26,453 nucleotides of DNA from Cyanobacteria bacterium auto_48_18 (GTDB lineage: Bacteria > Cyanobacteriota > Vampirovibrionia > Obscuribacterales > Obscuribacteraceae): the NCBI GenBank assembly GCA_036170915.1, contig JAVHQC010000015.1, positions 179,898 through 206,350 on the forward strand, given 5' to 3'. The position numbers were made by a program, and so were the translations under genes. The notes beneath the pieces are model-generated. The model had not been told where the DNA came from. It saw nothing but the letters and a program-made list of their open reading frames with translations, and did not search any database. Shown in pieces: positions 16,713 to 25,638 of this stretch; the first letter of the stretch is position 1, and the number at the start of each line of letters is the position of its first letter.

Positions 16713-16728
16713 GCACCATATATGGTGC
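16713..16728. promoter_or_regulatory. Perfect 16-bp palindrome, candidate transcription-factor operator
   Basis: GCACCATATATGGTGC in the middle of the divergent pgm/BON intergenic region. Confidence 0.5.
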
Positions 16729-16917
16729 TGACTTTTAGATTCTTCATTTTCAGAATTTCATTATTGCTTGACAAGGTTATGCGGGTTTTAAACACTTCAA
16801 AAAAATTTAGTATTACTAACGAGAATTGAGGGAACTTAGGGGGCGATGCCTAGTCTCTAGCGGCAACGGTTTCTGATAGCGTTTCAGAAATCTTGCGTTG
16901 CCTAACAAGAGGAACAT

Positions 16918-17334
16918 ATGAAACGAATTCTAGCTCTGAGCGCACTATCCATTTTCGCTTGCAATGCAGCCATCGCCGCAGAGTCGGTAGAAAAATTCGG
17001 TCAATCGCAAGCTAAAGCGCCAAACAATACGGCTAAAAATAAGCGTGACAAGGCGCTGAGTAAGCCCACCGCTCAAGATCAATCGAATACGAAATCAGAC
17101 ACTAATATCACGATTGCTCTGCGCAAAGCCATTCTGTCTCAGAAAGGCATGTCTATAGATGCTCAGAACGTCAAAATCATTACCGAAAACGGAATCCTCT
17201 ATCTACGCGGCCCAGTTGCAACAGCAAATGAAAAAGATTTGATCGGCAACTTGGCTAAAACTTCTTGCGGCGCTCGTGCCATCACGAACCAGCTTGAAGT
17301 TAAAGGGCAAACCAGTCAAAAGACTGAGCCATAA
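16918..17334 (+). CDS. BON-domain (OsmY-like) periplasmic protein
   Basis: Signal peptide (ALSALSIFACNAAIA); BON signature SDTNITIALRKAI...AQNVKIITENGILYLRGPVATANEK...ITNQLEV; AAGAGG RBS. Confidence 0.9.
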   Translation: MKRILALSALSIFACNAAIAAESVEKFGQSQAKAPNNTAKNKRDKALSKPTAQDQSNTKSDTNITIALRKAILSQKGMSIDAQNVKIITENGILYLRGPVATANEKDLIGNLAKTSCGARAITNQLEVKGQTSQKTEP

Positions 17335-17418
17335 AACGAAGACGAAAGAGATTGATGGAGTAACCATCAACAACACACTCTGTGCACAAGCACTCACACA
17401 CACGTAATTGGAGAAATC

Positions 17419-17946
17419 ATGGCTAAGCAAGCAGTAATTTGTATCGTACCCAGTGAAGTAGAAGCAGAAAATATTGTTGACAGACTGAAAACATCTGGTT
17501 TTCTCAATACGGATATTTCAGTATTGATGCCAGACAGAACAGGCATTCGTGACCTCGGTACCGAAAAGCACAGTAAGGCACCAGAAGGCACATCTGCAGG
17601 CGCCAGCACCGGTGCTCTGCTTGGTGGCGCTTTAGGTTGGTTGGCTGGTATCGGCGCCCTCGCTATTCCTGGTGTTGGACCATTCGTAGCTGCCGGACCG
17701 ATTATGGCTGCTCTTAGTGGTGCCGCTATCGGTGCTGCTACTGGTGGTGTGACTGGTGGTTTGATCGGACTCGGCATGCCTGAGTACGAAGCCAAACAAT
17801 ATGAAGGTAAACTGCGCGACGGTAATATTCTTCTTTCAGTACACACCGACAACGGTGACCAGGCTAAGGCAGTAGAAGAAATCTTCAAGAACGGCGGCGC
17901 TAAAGACATTATGCGTTCGGGTGAAGAAGCTGTTAAAAGAGCCTAG
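17419..17946 (+). CDS. General stress protein-like membrane protein with glycine-zipper hairpin
   Basis: EAENIVDRLKTSGF..TDISVL N-domain; GASTGALLGGALGWLAGIGALAIPGVGPFVAAGPI glycine zipper; GMPEYEAKQYEGKLRDGNILLSVH; GGAGA RBS. Confidence 0.85.
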   Translation: MAKQAVICIVPSEVEAENIVDRLKTSGFLNTDISVLMPDRTGIRDLGTEKHSKAPEGTSAGASTGALLGGALGWLAGIGALAIPGVGPFVAAGPIMAALSGAAIGAATGGVTGGLIGLGMPEYEAKQYEGKLRDGNILLSVHTDNGDQAKAVEEIFKNGGAKDIMRSGEEAVKRA

Positions 17947-17964
17947 TATCACTAGTACATAGAG

Positions 17965-17996
17965 AAAAAAGGGGTGGTTGCAAGACCACCTCTTTT
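17965..17996. terminator. Intrinsic terminator, probably bidirectional
   Basis: A-run, GGGGTGGTT, GCAA tetraloop, GACCACCTC, TTTT; directly after the 17946 stop and between convergent genes. Confidence 0.85.
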
Positions 17997-18022
17997 GCTT
18001 TTCAAAACTAAAGCCTAGACGT

Positions 18023-18068
18023 TTGAGTTATTTAGAACCAGTAGCTTGAGTTATCTAAAACCCCTAGC
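18023..18068. repeat. Imperfect 23-bp tandem repeat
   Basis: TTGAGTTATTTAGAACCAGTAGC / TTGAGTTATCTAAAACCCCTAGC (19 of 23 identical). Confidence 0.7.
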
Positions 18069-18117
18069 GTATACGCTTCAGGTTTGCAAACACTCTGCCC
18101 CGAGCGACTAAGTTGCT

Positions 18118-18567
18118 TTAAGAGGCGAAATTTAAAACGCTTTTGCCATCCGGTCGTTTCAAGAGCCTTTTCACTTCCGCTTCTAGAGCCGTATTATCAA
18201 ACTGTTCCATGGCTATGCAAGACTCGGCCCCTAGAGCCTTAGCGGCTGTTCTAACACCGTTCACAAATGATTCGTTAATCATTCTTTTAACGGTAAAACA
18301 GACGAATGGAATATGCGAGAGTTCGGCGTCATGTTTAACAAAACTGAGAAAGTCGAAGCCGCAGGTAAAGGTTGATTGATTTTCAAACAACCCGATGTCA
18401 CAGATAACTAAATCAATCTTGGAATTTATCAAAGCGTTTAAGGCACCACGAAAAGTATGCGTAGTGATCAAATCGTGATTATCGCCAATGATTGAAGACA
18501 CCTTTTGATCTGAAGTATCTTCTTCATCTAGAATCGCTAATATCAAAGCCACAATGGTCACCGTCAT
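18118..18567 (-). CDS. Stand-alone response-regulator receiver domain (atypical)
   Basis: Acidic pocket ILDEE, phosphoacceptor region IDLVICDIGL, GFDFL...LSHIPFVCFT, AKALGA; the canonical beta5 Lys-Pro is not evident. Start uncertain. Confidence 0.75.
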   Translation of the reverse strand: MTVTIVALILAILDEEDTSDQKVSSIIGDNHDLITTHTFRGALNALINSKIDLVICDIGLFENQSTFTCGFDFLSFVKHDAELSHIPFVCFTVKRMINESFVNGVRTAAKALGAESCIAMEQFDNTALEAEVKRLLKRPDGKSVLNFAS

Positions 18568-18710
18568 TTTGTTCTACGCTCGCAATTACTCTGTAATTGC
18601 CTGCCTTGCGCCTTCAGAGACTATCCCCATACCCGTTTAGTTCCATCAGTGTGTTGAGAACTGGCTTATAGTGGGCATTCTACGCAATTTACCGCAGCGA
18701 ATTGGGCGCT

Positions 18711-18749
18711 AAAAGATAGCCCCGCTTCCGGTATAGAAGGCGGGACTAT
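18711..18749 (-). terminator. Intrinsic terminator for the 19490/19163 minus-strand genes
   Basis: Minus strand reads ATAGTCCCGCCTTC-TATACCG-GAAGCGGGGCTAT-CTTTT, about 37 nt downstream of the 18786 stop. Confidence 0.7.
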
Positions 18750-18785
18750 TGTGCTGCAAAAAATTAACGACTTAGCGAGCGGTTT

Positions 18786-19163
18786 TTAGCGATCAAACCC
18801 ATCAAGTTCGTTTAACTGTTTAGCTACCATGCCTCGCATTTGCAATTTGACGGCATCTGCTTCATGTTCTTTATTTTGTCCTTCGAGTTTTTCAGCCGTA
18901 TCTTGAAGCTGATCGACTTTTTCAAATTCATCACCACGAACGGTAAGGTCACCTTCACACGAAGATCCGTTGGTTTTAGCAACACAACTGGTACTGCTGA
19001 CAGTGGCGCTGGCAGGTTCAATTTGGGCTTCCAGGTCTCTTACTCGTTCGGCAATCTTTGCCAGACAGCTGTCATGCTGAGGTTGGCCGCTAAACTTAGC
19101 TTCGTGCTTGGCCTTGTCATTTTCCAGCCTTGATATCAGGCCTTGAATTTCAACTTTTTCCAT
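18786..19163 (-). CDS. Hypothetical coiled-coil protein
   Basis: ATG with GGGGA RBS, 9 nt after the upstream gene, followed by a terminator; two helical charged segments separated by a Ser/Thr linker. Confidence 0.7.
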   Translation of the reverse strand: MEKVEIQGLISRLENDKAKHEAKFSGQPQHDSCLAKIAERVRDLEAQIEPASATVSSTSCVAKTNGSSCEGDLTVRGDEFEKVDQLQDTAEKLEGQNKEHEADAVKLQMRGMVAKQLNELDGFDR

Positions 19164-19172
19164 TGGTCCCCC

Positions 19173-19490
19173 TTAGCTGGCTAATCTGCTGTGATCAGCG
19201 TGATCATGATTAGCTTTCTCAGCATCTAGTAATGTCTTAATGCGATCTAAAGTTTCAGCTGCAATCAGTTCGTTTTCGTCTGTAATTTCACCCATCGCCA
19301 CCGGCTGTGCCATCGGTTCTGGCGAGCGGGGTTTAGCAGGTTCCAGATTTCTGGCCAGAGCGCAGAAAAATTTGTCCCAAAGAATTGCAGTGCGCTCGCC
19401 AATTGAGTGGCGCAATTCGCATCCCTGTTTAGGAGCTAGCAAAATGCCGCCTAGTAGCCCCAATAAACCGACTAGTAAAAATTGTCCCAC
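19173..19490 (-). CDS. YtxH-like small protein
   Basis: N-terminal FLLVGLLGLLGGILLAPKQGCELRHSI matches the YtxH pattern (G...LLAPK.G.ELR); GTG start with AGAGGG upstream. Confidence 0.7.
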   Translation of the reverse strand: MGQFLLVGLLGLLGGILLAPKQGCELRHSIGERTAILWDKFFCALARNLEPAKPRSPEPMAQPVAMGEITDENELIAAETLDRIKTLLDAEKANHDHADHSRLAS

Positions 19491-19603
19491 TGTCCTACCC
19501 TCTTGTCTGAAGCTCGCGAAACACTAGACCGGTCACGGCATAATTTGTTCCGTTCAGAGTTCCTGCTAAAATCTCAGTCGTTAAACTCATCAGTGAGAGA
19601 ATT

Positions 19604-20551
19604 TTGAAACGCTTACATCAGTGTGTATTGGCTCTGCTAACTTCCATTCTGGCTGTCACTCCGGCTCGTGCCTGGGACGATTTTGGCCATATGGCGGTGG
19701 CGGGTATTGCTTACAAAAAGCTTGATCCGGCTATTCGAGAGCGTGCTGATCAGTTAGTCAGGCTAAATCCTAGCTATAGCAGCTGGCTGCATTACATGCC
19801 GAGACATCTTTCTACTGAAGAGAAAAATCTCTATGCTTTTATGCAAGCCGCTACCTGGCCCGACTCTATAAAGGGTGACGCCACTTATCAGTCAGACGGC
19901 CTTGATGGCGGTTATCGGCCTGATGGCATTACTTCAAATCTGAATGTCGGCTACAGCGATAAGCTCTTGCATAAGTACTGGCATTTTGTCGATTTGCCAA
20001 TCAGTGCTGACGGCGCGCCCTTGCCTGCGGTGCCTACTCCGAATGCCGAAACCGAGATGGCACTGTGCCGTACCACTCTTGCGTCATCTGCCCCTGATGA
20101 GCTCAAATCATACGACTTGTGTTGGCTTTTGCATCTGGTGGGAGACGTGCACCAGCCTTTGCATTGCGTTACTCGAGTAAGCAAAAAGATGCCTTACGGT
20201 GACAGCGGTGGTAATGCCGTAAAAATCTACGATACTGACCCGCCAACTTTGCTGCACACCTTCTGGGACCAAGTATTGGGAACCGAGCGTAGTCCGGCCA
20301 GTGTTATTCCTTTTATAGCTAGTCTCGAGCCCGCTGATACAAAATCTGCTGCAGACCTGAACGCTCGCAATTGGATAGAAGAGAGTTTTTCTCTAAGTAA
20401 AAGCAAAGTCTATGTCTCGCCAGTTAAAAAAGGCGTTGATGTCAAGCGTTTGTCGCCGGCTTATAAGAAAACTGCATATGAGTTGGCTCGAGTGCGAGTT
20501 GAGCTGGCAGGTGAGCGGCTGGCGAATGTTCTTAATAGAGAATTGAAATAG
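19604..20551 (+). CDS. S1/P1 nuclease, secreted
   Basis: Signal peptide ending ARA followed by the W1/H6 motif WDDFGHMAVA; ATWPDSIK; WHFVD; LLHLVGDVHQPLH; DSGGN; LHTFWD; AGERLA. Confidence 0.95.
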   Translation: MKRLHQCVLALLTSILAVTPARAWDDFGHMAVAGIAYKKLDPAIRERADQLVRLNPSYSSWLHYMPRHLSTEEKNLYAFMQAATWPDSIKGDATYQSDGLDGGYRPDGITSNLNVGYSDKLLHKYWHFVDLPISADGAPLPAVPTPNAETEMALCRTTLASSAPDELKSYDLCWLLHLVGDVHQPLHCVTRVSKKMPYGDSGGNAVKIYDTDPPTLLHTFWDQVLGTERSPASVIPFIASLEPADTKSAADLNARNWIEESFSLSKSKVYVSPVKKGVDVKRLSPAYKKTAYELARVRVELAGERLANVLNRELK

Positions 20552-20687
20552 CACCACCAGCGATAGCACTGCTTTTTTTGCTGTCAGCGTCTGGTAATAA
20601 TTTTTTCGCACCATAAATGCGAAGAACCTGAGTGAATCTCAGTTTTGCGGGCATAATAACTCTGTAGCCAATAGTGAAGAGTAAGTT

Positions 20688-22277
20688 TTGCCTCCGCGTA
20701 ATTCTAATGTTGCTGCTTTAAAGCCGCCACTTTCCCCCGAGGAAGTGGAGCAATATAATTTGGCTGTTCAAAAGTCAGCTGATCTGCTTTGCAATCTGCA
20801 TGCTCAGTCGTCTGTAGCGTTTGATACCGCACATAGTGGCAAGCGCATTTCGTCCGTCGACACATTTAATTGGCGTACAGCATTGATCGCCTTCATAGTA
20901 TCACTGCCTGCATTCTTCTATTTGTTGTTTGCTGCCTTTGAGCTTTATGGTGCCAGGCATATTGAGCTGGCGGCTCTCTTTTCGGCGGCCATGTGTAGTG
21001 CCTTTATTGTCTTCGTGGCAAGAGGAAATTCGTCGCCTCGCCCTGCTCATGAAATTTCCAGTTACGCCGTGGCCTTTCTCTTTTGCCTTCCGGCCTGGGT
21101 GCTCTGCTATTTACTTGTGGCCGCTTTTGCTCCTGTGCATACTGCCTTTGCGCTGGCATCTTTTCTTGCCACCGGCTTGAATCTTTATCTGGGTGGTCCC
21201 TTTGGTGAGAAAAAACGCAGGGCTACGGCGAACATTGCTCATCCTATTTTTAGTTTCAGTTTCAAGAATTCTAAGTTTTCTCCATTTTCTGTCCCCTCTG
21301 CCAAAGCGCCAAGGCTTGGGCTGCGGGCTGATTACATGAATGGCAAGCCAGCGGCCATTTGCCGCTACTACCAGCTCTATTTTACTAAGTCGGCGCTGGC
21401 TAAACTTTTTGAACAAAGTTTGACTTTCGCTTATATGAAAATAGAGAAAGAGCTAGTAATAGACGCCGAGGCACCAGGTTTGGATATTTTTCCTACTCAT
21501 AAAGCAGCGAAGTACATAAAGTCTTCAGCTAAAGTGCAGTTTGTCGAACTGACCGAACAATCTCGCCAGAATCGTTATCGTGAGTTTCTTGCATCGTGGG
21601 CTTTGCGTATGGCAGCAGACGCTCTTGTGGCTGACCGTGCCGGCGTGCTGGAAAGTGTTGTCTTTAACGCTTACGCACCGGTGCTGGTGCCTGAGACGGG
21701 TAAGTCAGTACGCGGCTGTTTACTTTCTGTGCGGCTGACAAAAGCAGATCTGGCTCAACTCAATGTTGCAAAAGTCGACAAAATCGCTTGTTTGCGAAAA
21801 CTCGGCGCTCGCATAAGCACACCTGTTGGTGCCGCTTCACATGTCGTCAGTGTGCAGCCTTTGCGCACCGCCGGAAGTGCACCTGTAGCTAACAACTCTC
21901 TTGGTCTGCTAAAGCTTGATCCTTTGCAGTTTGAGCATTTGCTGGCTGATTTACTCAGACGAATGGGCCTTGAAGCAAACCTGACAAAGGCCTCGCATGA
22001 TGGTGGCATCGATATCGTCGCTACAGACTCCAGGCCGATTCTCGGTGGTAAGATTGTCGTGCAGGCCAAGCGTTATAATCATACCGTGCCCGTTTCGGCT
22101 GTGCGAGATCTTTATGGTGCCATGCAGCACGAAGGTGCAAGTAAAGCTATTCTCTTTACCACCAGCAGGCTGAGTGCTGATGCCTGGCAGTTTGCCTCCG
22201 GTAAACCAATTCAGTTGATAGAAGGCGATCAGCTGGTGCGATTATTGCAAGCGCAAGGAATAGAAGCGCATTTGTAG
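20688..22277 (+). CDS. Mrr-like (type IV) restriction endonuclease domain protein with N-terminal transmembrane segments
   Basis: C-terminal Mrr_cat: LDPLQFEHLLADLLRRMG...TKASHDGGIDIVA...VVQAKRY...AVRDLYG...FTTSRLS...IQLIEGDQL; four hydrophobic segments in the N-terminal third. Confidence 0.88.
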   Translation: MPPRNSNVAALKPPLSPEEVEQYNLAVQKSADLLCNLHAQSSVAFDTAHSGKRISSVDTFNWRTALIAFIVSLPAFFYLLFAAFELYGARHIELAALFSAAMCSAFIVFVARGNSSPRPAHEISSYAVAFLFCLPAWVLCYLLVAAFAPVHTAFALASFLATGLNLYLGGPFGEKKRRATANIAHPIFSFSFKNSKFSPFSVPSAKAPRLGLRADYMNGKPAAICRYYQLYFTKSALAKLFEQSLTFAYMKIEKELVIDAEAPGLDIFPTHKAAKYIKSSAKVQFVELTEQSRQNRYREFLASWALRMAADALVADRAGVLESVVFNAYAPVLVPETGKSVRGCLLSVRLTKADLAQLNVAKVDKIACLRKLGARISTPVGAASHVVSVQPLRTAGSAPVANNSLGLLKLDPLQFEHLLADLLRRMGLEANLTKASHDGGIDIVATDSRPILGGKIVVQAKRYNHTVPVSAVRDLYGAMQHEGASKAILFTTSRLSADAWQFASGKPIQLIEGDQLVRLLQAQGIEAHL

Positions 22278-22290
22278 ATTGGTAACACGG

Positions 22291-23238
22291 TCAATTGCCT
22301 GAGTAGAGATCTTTTAAGGCCTGCCGCAACTGGCTCACAGAACGCCATCTTTCATTTGGATCTTTAGCCAGACACTTCATAATAATGTCGTTCAATTCTG
22401 GTGAAATTTCGCCCTCAGTTCTTGTTTGCGTAAGTGGCAGCGGCACTTCATAAAGGTGCATGGCAAAAGTATGAACCGCGCTGTCACCCTTGAATGGCGG
22501 GTCACCGCAAAGCATTTCATAGTACATACAGCCCAGCGAGTAAATGTCAGAGCGATAATCGACATCAAGGCCTTTGCACTGCTCAGGGCTCATATAGAGC
22601 GGGCTGCCGAAGACAAAACCGGGCTGAGTCAGTTGCATAGCGGGCTTTTCGTCGTGGCATTTGTTGCATTTAGCAATGCCGAAATCAAGCAATTTTACAT
22701 GTTGAGAAAATGGCCCCGGATACGATTTGTCGCTGTCACTGAGTTCATCAATGATCATGACGTTACTTGGTTTGATATCGCGGTGAATTATGCCCATATC
22801 GTGAGCAAACTGCAGGCCTTCGATGACGCCTGCGATAATGCGATAAGCCAGTTTTTCGTTCAGTCTGGTGTGCTTGTCGAGAATTGTATCGAGACCGTAT
22901 CCGGCTAAATGTTCCAACACCAGGTAGGGCAAAGGGTCTTTCCCTGGTGAATACTTAGCTTCCAGCCCTTCCGTTAAGTCGGAGAGAAAACCGTAAGAGT
23001 ACATGTGAACGATGTTGGGATGATTGAGGTTGTTAATGATTTCCGCTTCACGCTTGAACCTCTCACGACTTTCTTCGGTATCTGAATAATCGGAATGTAA
23101 AACTTTAACCGCCACTTGGAAACCGGCTTTTTCATGGCGACCCTGATAGACCGTGCTTAAACCGCCACGGCCAATGACGCTTTCAAGTTTAAAGCGCTTT
23201 TCAATAACTGCACCCAGCAGTTTTTCGCCGTTGTTCAT
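22291..23238 (-). CDS. Hanks-type Ser/Thr protein kinase (catalytic domain only)
   Basis: IGRGGLSTVY, VAVKVL, HRDIKPSN, DFGIAK, GSPLYMSPEQ, SDIYSLG. Confidence 0.96.
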   Translation of the reverse strand: MNNGEKLLGAVIEKRFKLESVIGRGGLSTVYQGRHEKAGFQVAVKVLHSDYSDTEESRERFKREAEIINNLNHPNIVHMYSYGFLSDLTEGLEAKYSPGKDPLPYLVLEHLAGYGLDTILDKHTRLNEKLAYRIIAGVIEGLQFAHDMGIIHRDIKPSNVMIIDELSDSDKSYPGPFSQHVKLLDFGIAKCNKCHDEKPAMQLTQPGFVFGSPLYMSPEQCKGLDVDYRSDIYSLGCMYYEMLCGDPPFKGDSAVHTFAMHLYEVPLPLTQTRTEGEISPELNDIIMKCLAKDPNERWRSVSQLRQALKDLYSGN

Positions 23239-23331
23239 TCTGGTCGAAGCCTCACGCGCGCATGCACTAGACTTATTATACGCCCAGCACGATTCTATAC
23301 GCGCAGCATGATTGGGCAGATTAAATTGGCT

Positions 23332-23868
23332 CTAGCGATTTTTGACCCAGGTGATACTGACGGTGGTGCCTTGAGTGGCGGGGTCCAGAGTGCAAGAAAG
23401 TTTGACTGCTTGCGTGTCTTTCGTCGCGTCCAGCATATAGACTTTGCCAAGTTTTCCAAGTTTTTCCATCAATTTTGGTGAAGCTGCCATTGATGACCAA
23501 CCGGCATTGCGCAGTTTCTCTTGATACCACTTGAACACAGCTTCAGGCGCATCTTTTGTAATGATGCCGGCAGTGGCAGTGGGTGAGCCTTTTGTCGTGT
23601 TGATAAAGCTGGTGCGGGTAACATTGCTGTTGTATGCAGGAAGAGGGAAATTAATCGGAATACGTTCGGTGATATTTACACGCTCAGTGCTCATTATGGA
23701 GAGATATTTTGATTTGGCCGCCTGTAAATTTCGTTCTCTGGTAGCAGGGTCTGATTGACCTGGTTGAGTGGGCGGATTTTGTGCAAAAGCCGCATTACTC
23801 GCCAATCCCGCTAGACCTAAAGAGACAGAGGCAGCGGCAGACAACACTAAGAATGCTCTAAAATTCAC
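23332..23868 (-). CDS. Secreted hypothetical protein
   Basis: Likely GTG start at 23868 with GGAG RBS; signal peptide ending AFA; mature part ...PINFPLPAY...VFKWYQEKLRNAGW; co-oriented with the Tad-like genes. Confidence 0.7.
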   Translation of the reverse strand: MNFRAFLVLSAAASVSLGLAGLASNAAFAQNPPTQPGQSDPATRERNLQAAKSKYLSIMSTERVNITERIPINFPLPAYNSNVTRTSFINTTKGSPTATAGIITKDAPEAVFKWYQEKLRNAGWSSMAASPKLMEKLGKLGKVYMLDATKDTQAVKLSCTLDPATQGTTVSITWVKNR

Positions 23869-23902
23869 AATTACTCCATTGATTATGACTAAAGTGATTT
23901 GA

Positions 23903-25597
23903 CTAAAGTGGGTTGCAGACGCCAACTGTGTGTACTTCGCTCCAGCGTTTTACTCTGATTTCGCCCAGGCTGCCGTTATAGCCGGTGCCTGGTTTCCAGT
24001 AAACATCTTTGTCCCATAATACCCAGCTGACATTTACAAGCGGAGTTGGCGAGCAGAATGGGAGTGGAACAGGAGCGTGAGGCAACGGAAAACCGCCAGG
24101 CATATAATCGTCGTCGATGATTTTCTTTTCGGTGCCGTCTGCGTCTTTGCCTGAAATCAGAGGCATCCAGGTAAAGGCTAGAGCATCGGCTGCAATTTTT
24201 GGCAGGCACTCCAGAGTTTCGCCGTCTTTGCTAAACAAATAAAAGTTCTTTTCACCGGCAATCAAAGCCAGCCTGGTTACGGCTGAGCCGAGGCAGGAGT
24301 GCAGTTTTGCCGGTGTAATAACCACACCAGGTTTGCTTATCATTTGATTGGCGCGACTGACCATCTGGTCTTCTACTTTTTTCGTTTCTGAGGTGTGCAG
24401 GTTAGGTAGACTGAAAATTACTTCGTCCAGGGAGCGACCAGCAATATCAAGACCAATCATTTGTGATGGTGGGGTAACGCTGGAGCAAAGCACACCACCC
24501 CCCGGCATCGTTGTGCCAGTCATACCAGTGGGAGAGCTATTAAAATCATAATTTTGAGCGGCACCAAATTCAACTTTGATTGGTGGGATTGGATAGAAAT
24601 ACCAGTGACATTTCGGCTGATCTACTTTAATTTTCAAGAATGAATGTGGTGCTGATAATTTGAACGGTTTACGCGGATTACTAAGCACCCAGGATGTTGC
24701 TTTTTCGCCGGGGGCGCCAGCTTTAAGAGCCTGACCTTCGGCAGAGAAAGCATTAGGTACAGGGTTAGACCATTCAAGCGCTTTAGTGGTGGCTTTTTCA
24801 GCATCAAATTTAGAACTGGCTACGAGAATAGGTTTGTTATCCCATTTGAAAGGCACCTGCCAGATGGTTTTGCCGCCGATTTGAATTGGTACATAGCCCT
24901 TGAGAAAATACTTGTTGCCTACACCGTCGGGCTTCGGCGAGCGGGTGCACTGAGTGCTGGCCCCTGCAGGCAGAGAGTAACCGGGTGGCAAATAGAAATT
25001 ATCACTGGGGCTGCCGGTGAGCTCAATATTGCTCTCAGCTTCCCGGTCCATCAATGATGTCTGCCAGCCTGCTCCTGGAAGCACCTGTGTGCTTGAGCCC
25101 ACGCCGATCATGCGCACCGAGTTTTGTTGCGAAAGTTCGTTGAAGAAACCGTGAAGGTTTGAGGGAGTCTTCAATTTCGCGGCCAGTGAATTACTAATCT
25201 CTTCGGCACCTGAAACAGCCTGGCTGGCGTTGCCGCTGCCTGAGCCGGCTTGCCCGTCAGCACCTGCAGCTTCTGCGTTGATGGCGATCAGCATGGCTTT
25301 CGACCAAACTCGATTGATTCGACCTAAAGTTATCTTATTGTCTCTAAGGGCGTTATTGTCGATAGAATCGCTGGCGCAATCGGCGAAGACGTCGGTGGGC
25401 ATTACCGGTACGCTAATATCTGTCAGTGCCTTTTTACCAACGTTGAGGGCACCAGCATCGGTGGCATTTTTTGTTTCACGCTGGGCTCCCATGTAGAGCA
25501 CGATAAACAGAAAACCAATACCGAGAACCAGAAGCGCCAGGGCAAGCACTGCAGAAAACGCTGTCACCGACCCTCGTTTGTCACGCTTAGTTTTCAT
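23903..25597 (-). CDS. TadG-like pilus-associated protein
   Basis: Basic N-terminus, then RG|SVT and a hydrophobic helix, followed by the QRETKNATDAGAL motif typical of Tad N-terminal domains; GGAGG RBS; downstream of TadE-like genes. Confidence 0.7.
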   Translation of the reverse strand: MKTKRDKRGSVTAFSAVLALALLVLGIGFLFIVLYMGAQRETKNATDAGALNVGKKALTDISVPVMPTDVFADCASDSIDNNALRDNKITLGRINRVWSKAMLIAINAEAAGADGQAGSGSGNASQAVSGAEEISNSLAAKLKTPSNLHGFFNELSQQNSVRMIGVGSSTQVLPGAGWQTSLMDREAESNIELTGSPSDNFYLPPGYSLPAGASTQCTRSPKPDGVGNKYFLKGYVPIQIGGKTIWQVPFKWDNKPILVASSKFDAEKATTKALEWSNPVPNAFSAEGQALKAGAPGEKATSWVLSNPRKPFKLSAPHSFLKIKVDQPKCHWYFYPIPPIKVEFGAAQNYDFNSSPTGMTGTTMPGGGVLCSSVTPPSQMIGLDIAGRSLDEVIFSLPNLHTSETKKVEDQMVSRANQMISKPGVVITPAKLHSCLGSAVTRLALIAGEKNFYLFSKDGETLECLPKIAADALAFTWMPLISGKDADGTEKKIIDDDYMPGGFPLPHAPVPLPFCSPTPLVNVSWVLWDKDVYWKPGTGYNGSLGEIRVKRWSEVHTVGVCNPL

Positions 25598-25638
25598 TTA
25601 CTTGCTCAACCTCCAGAATCAAAAATTCTAAAATGGGT

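Noticed and set aside
17372..17404. CA-rich tract between the BON and stress genes
   Set aside because: It is short and imperfect, and more likely an unstructured translation leader than a contingency repeat.
17394..17909. 171-aa antisense ORF
   Set aside because: It is a mirror of the Gly/Ala-rich plus-strand gene.
20556..20597. Imperfect hairpin with T-run after the S1/P1 gene
   Set aside because: The stem is weak and the T-run falls within the loop or arm, so it cannot be called a terminator.
22426..22908. 160-aa plus-strand ORF
   Set aside because: It is antisense to the kinase and has no independent support.
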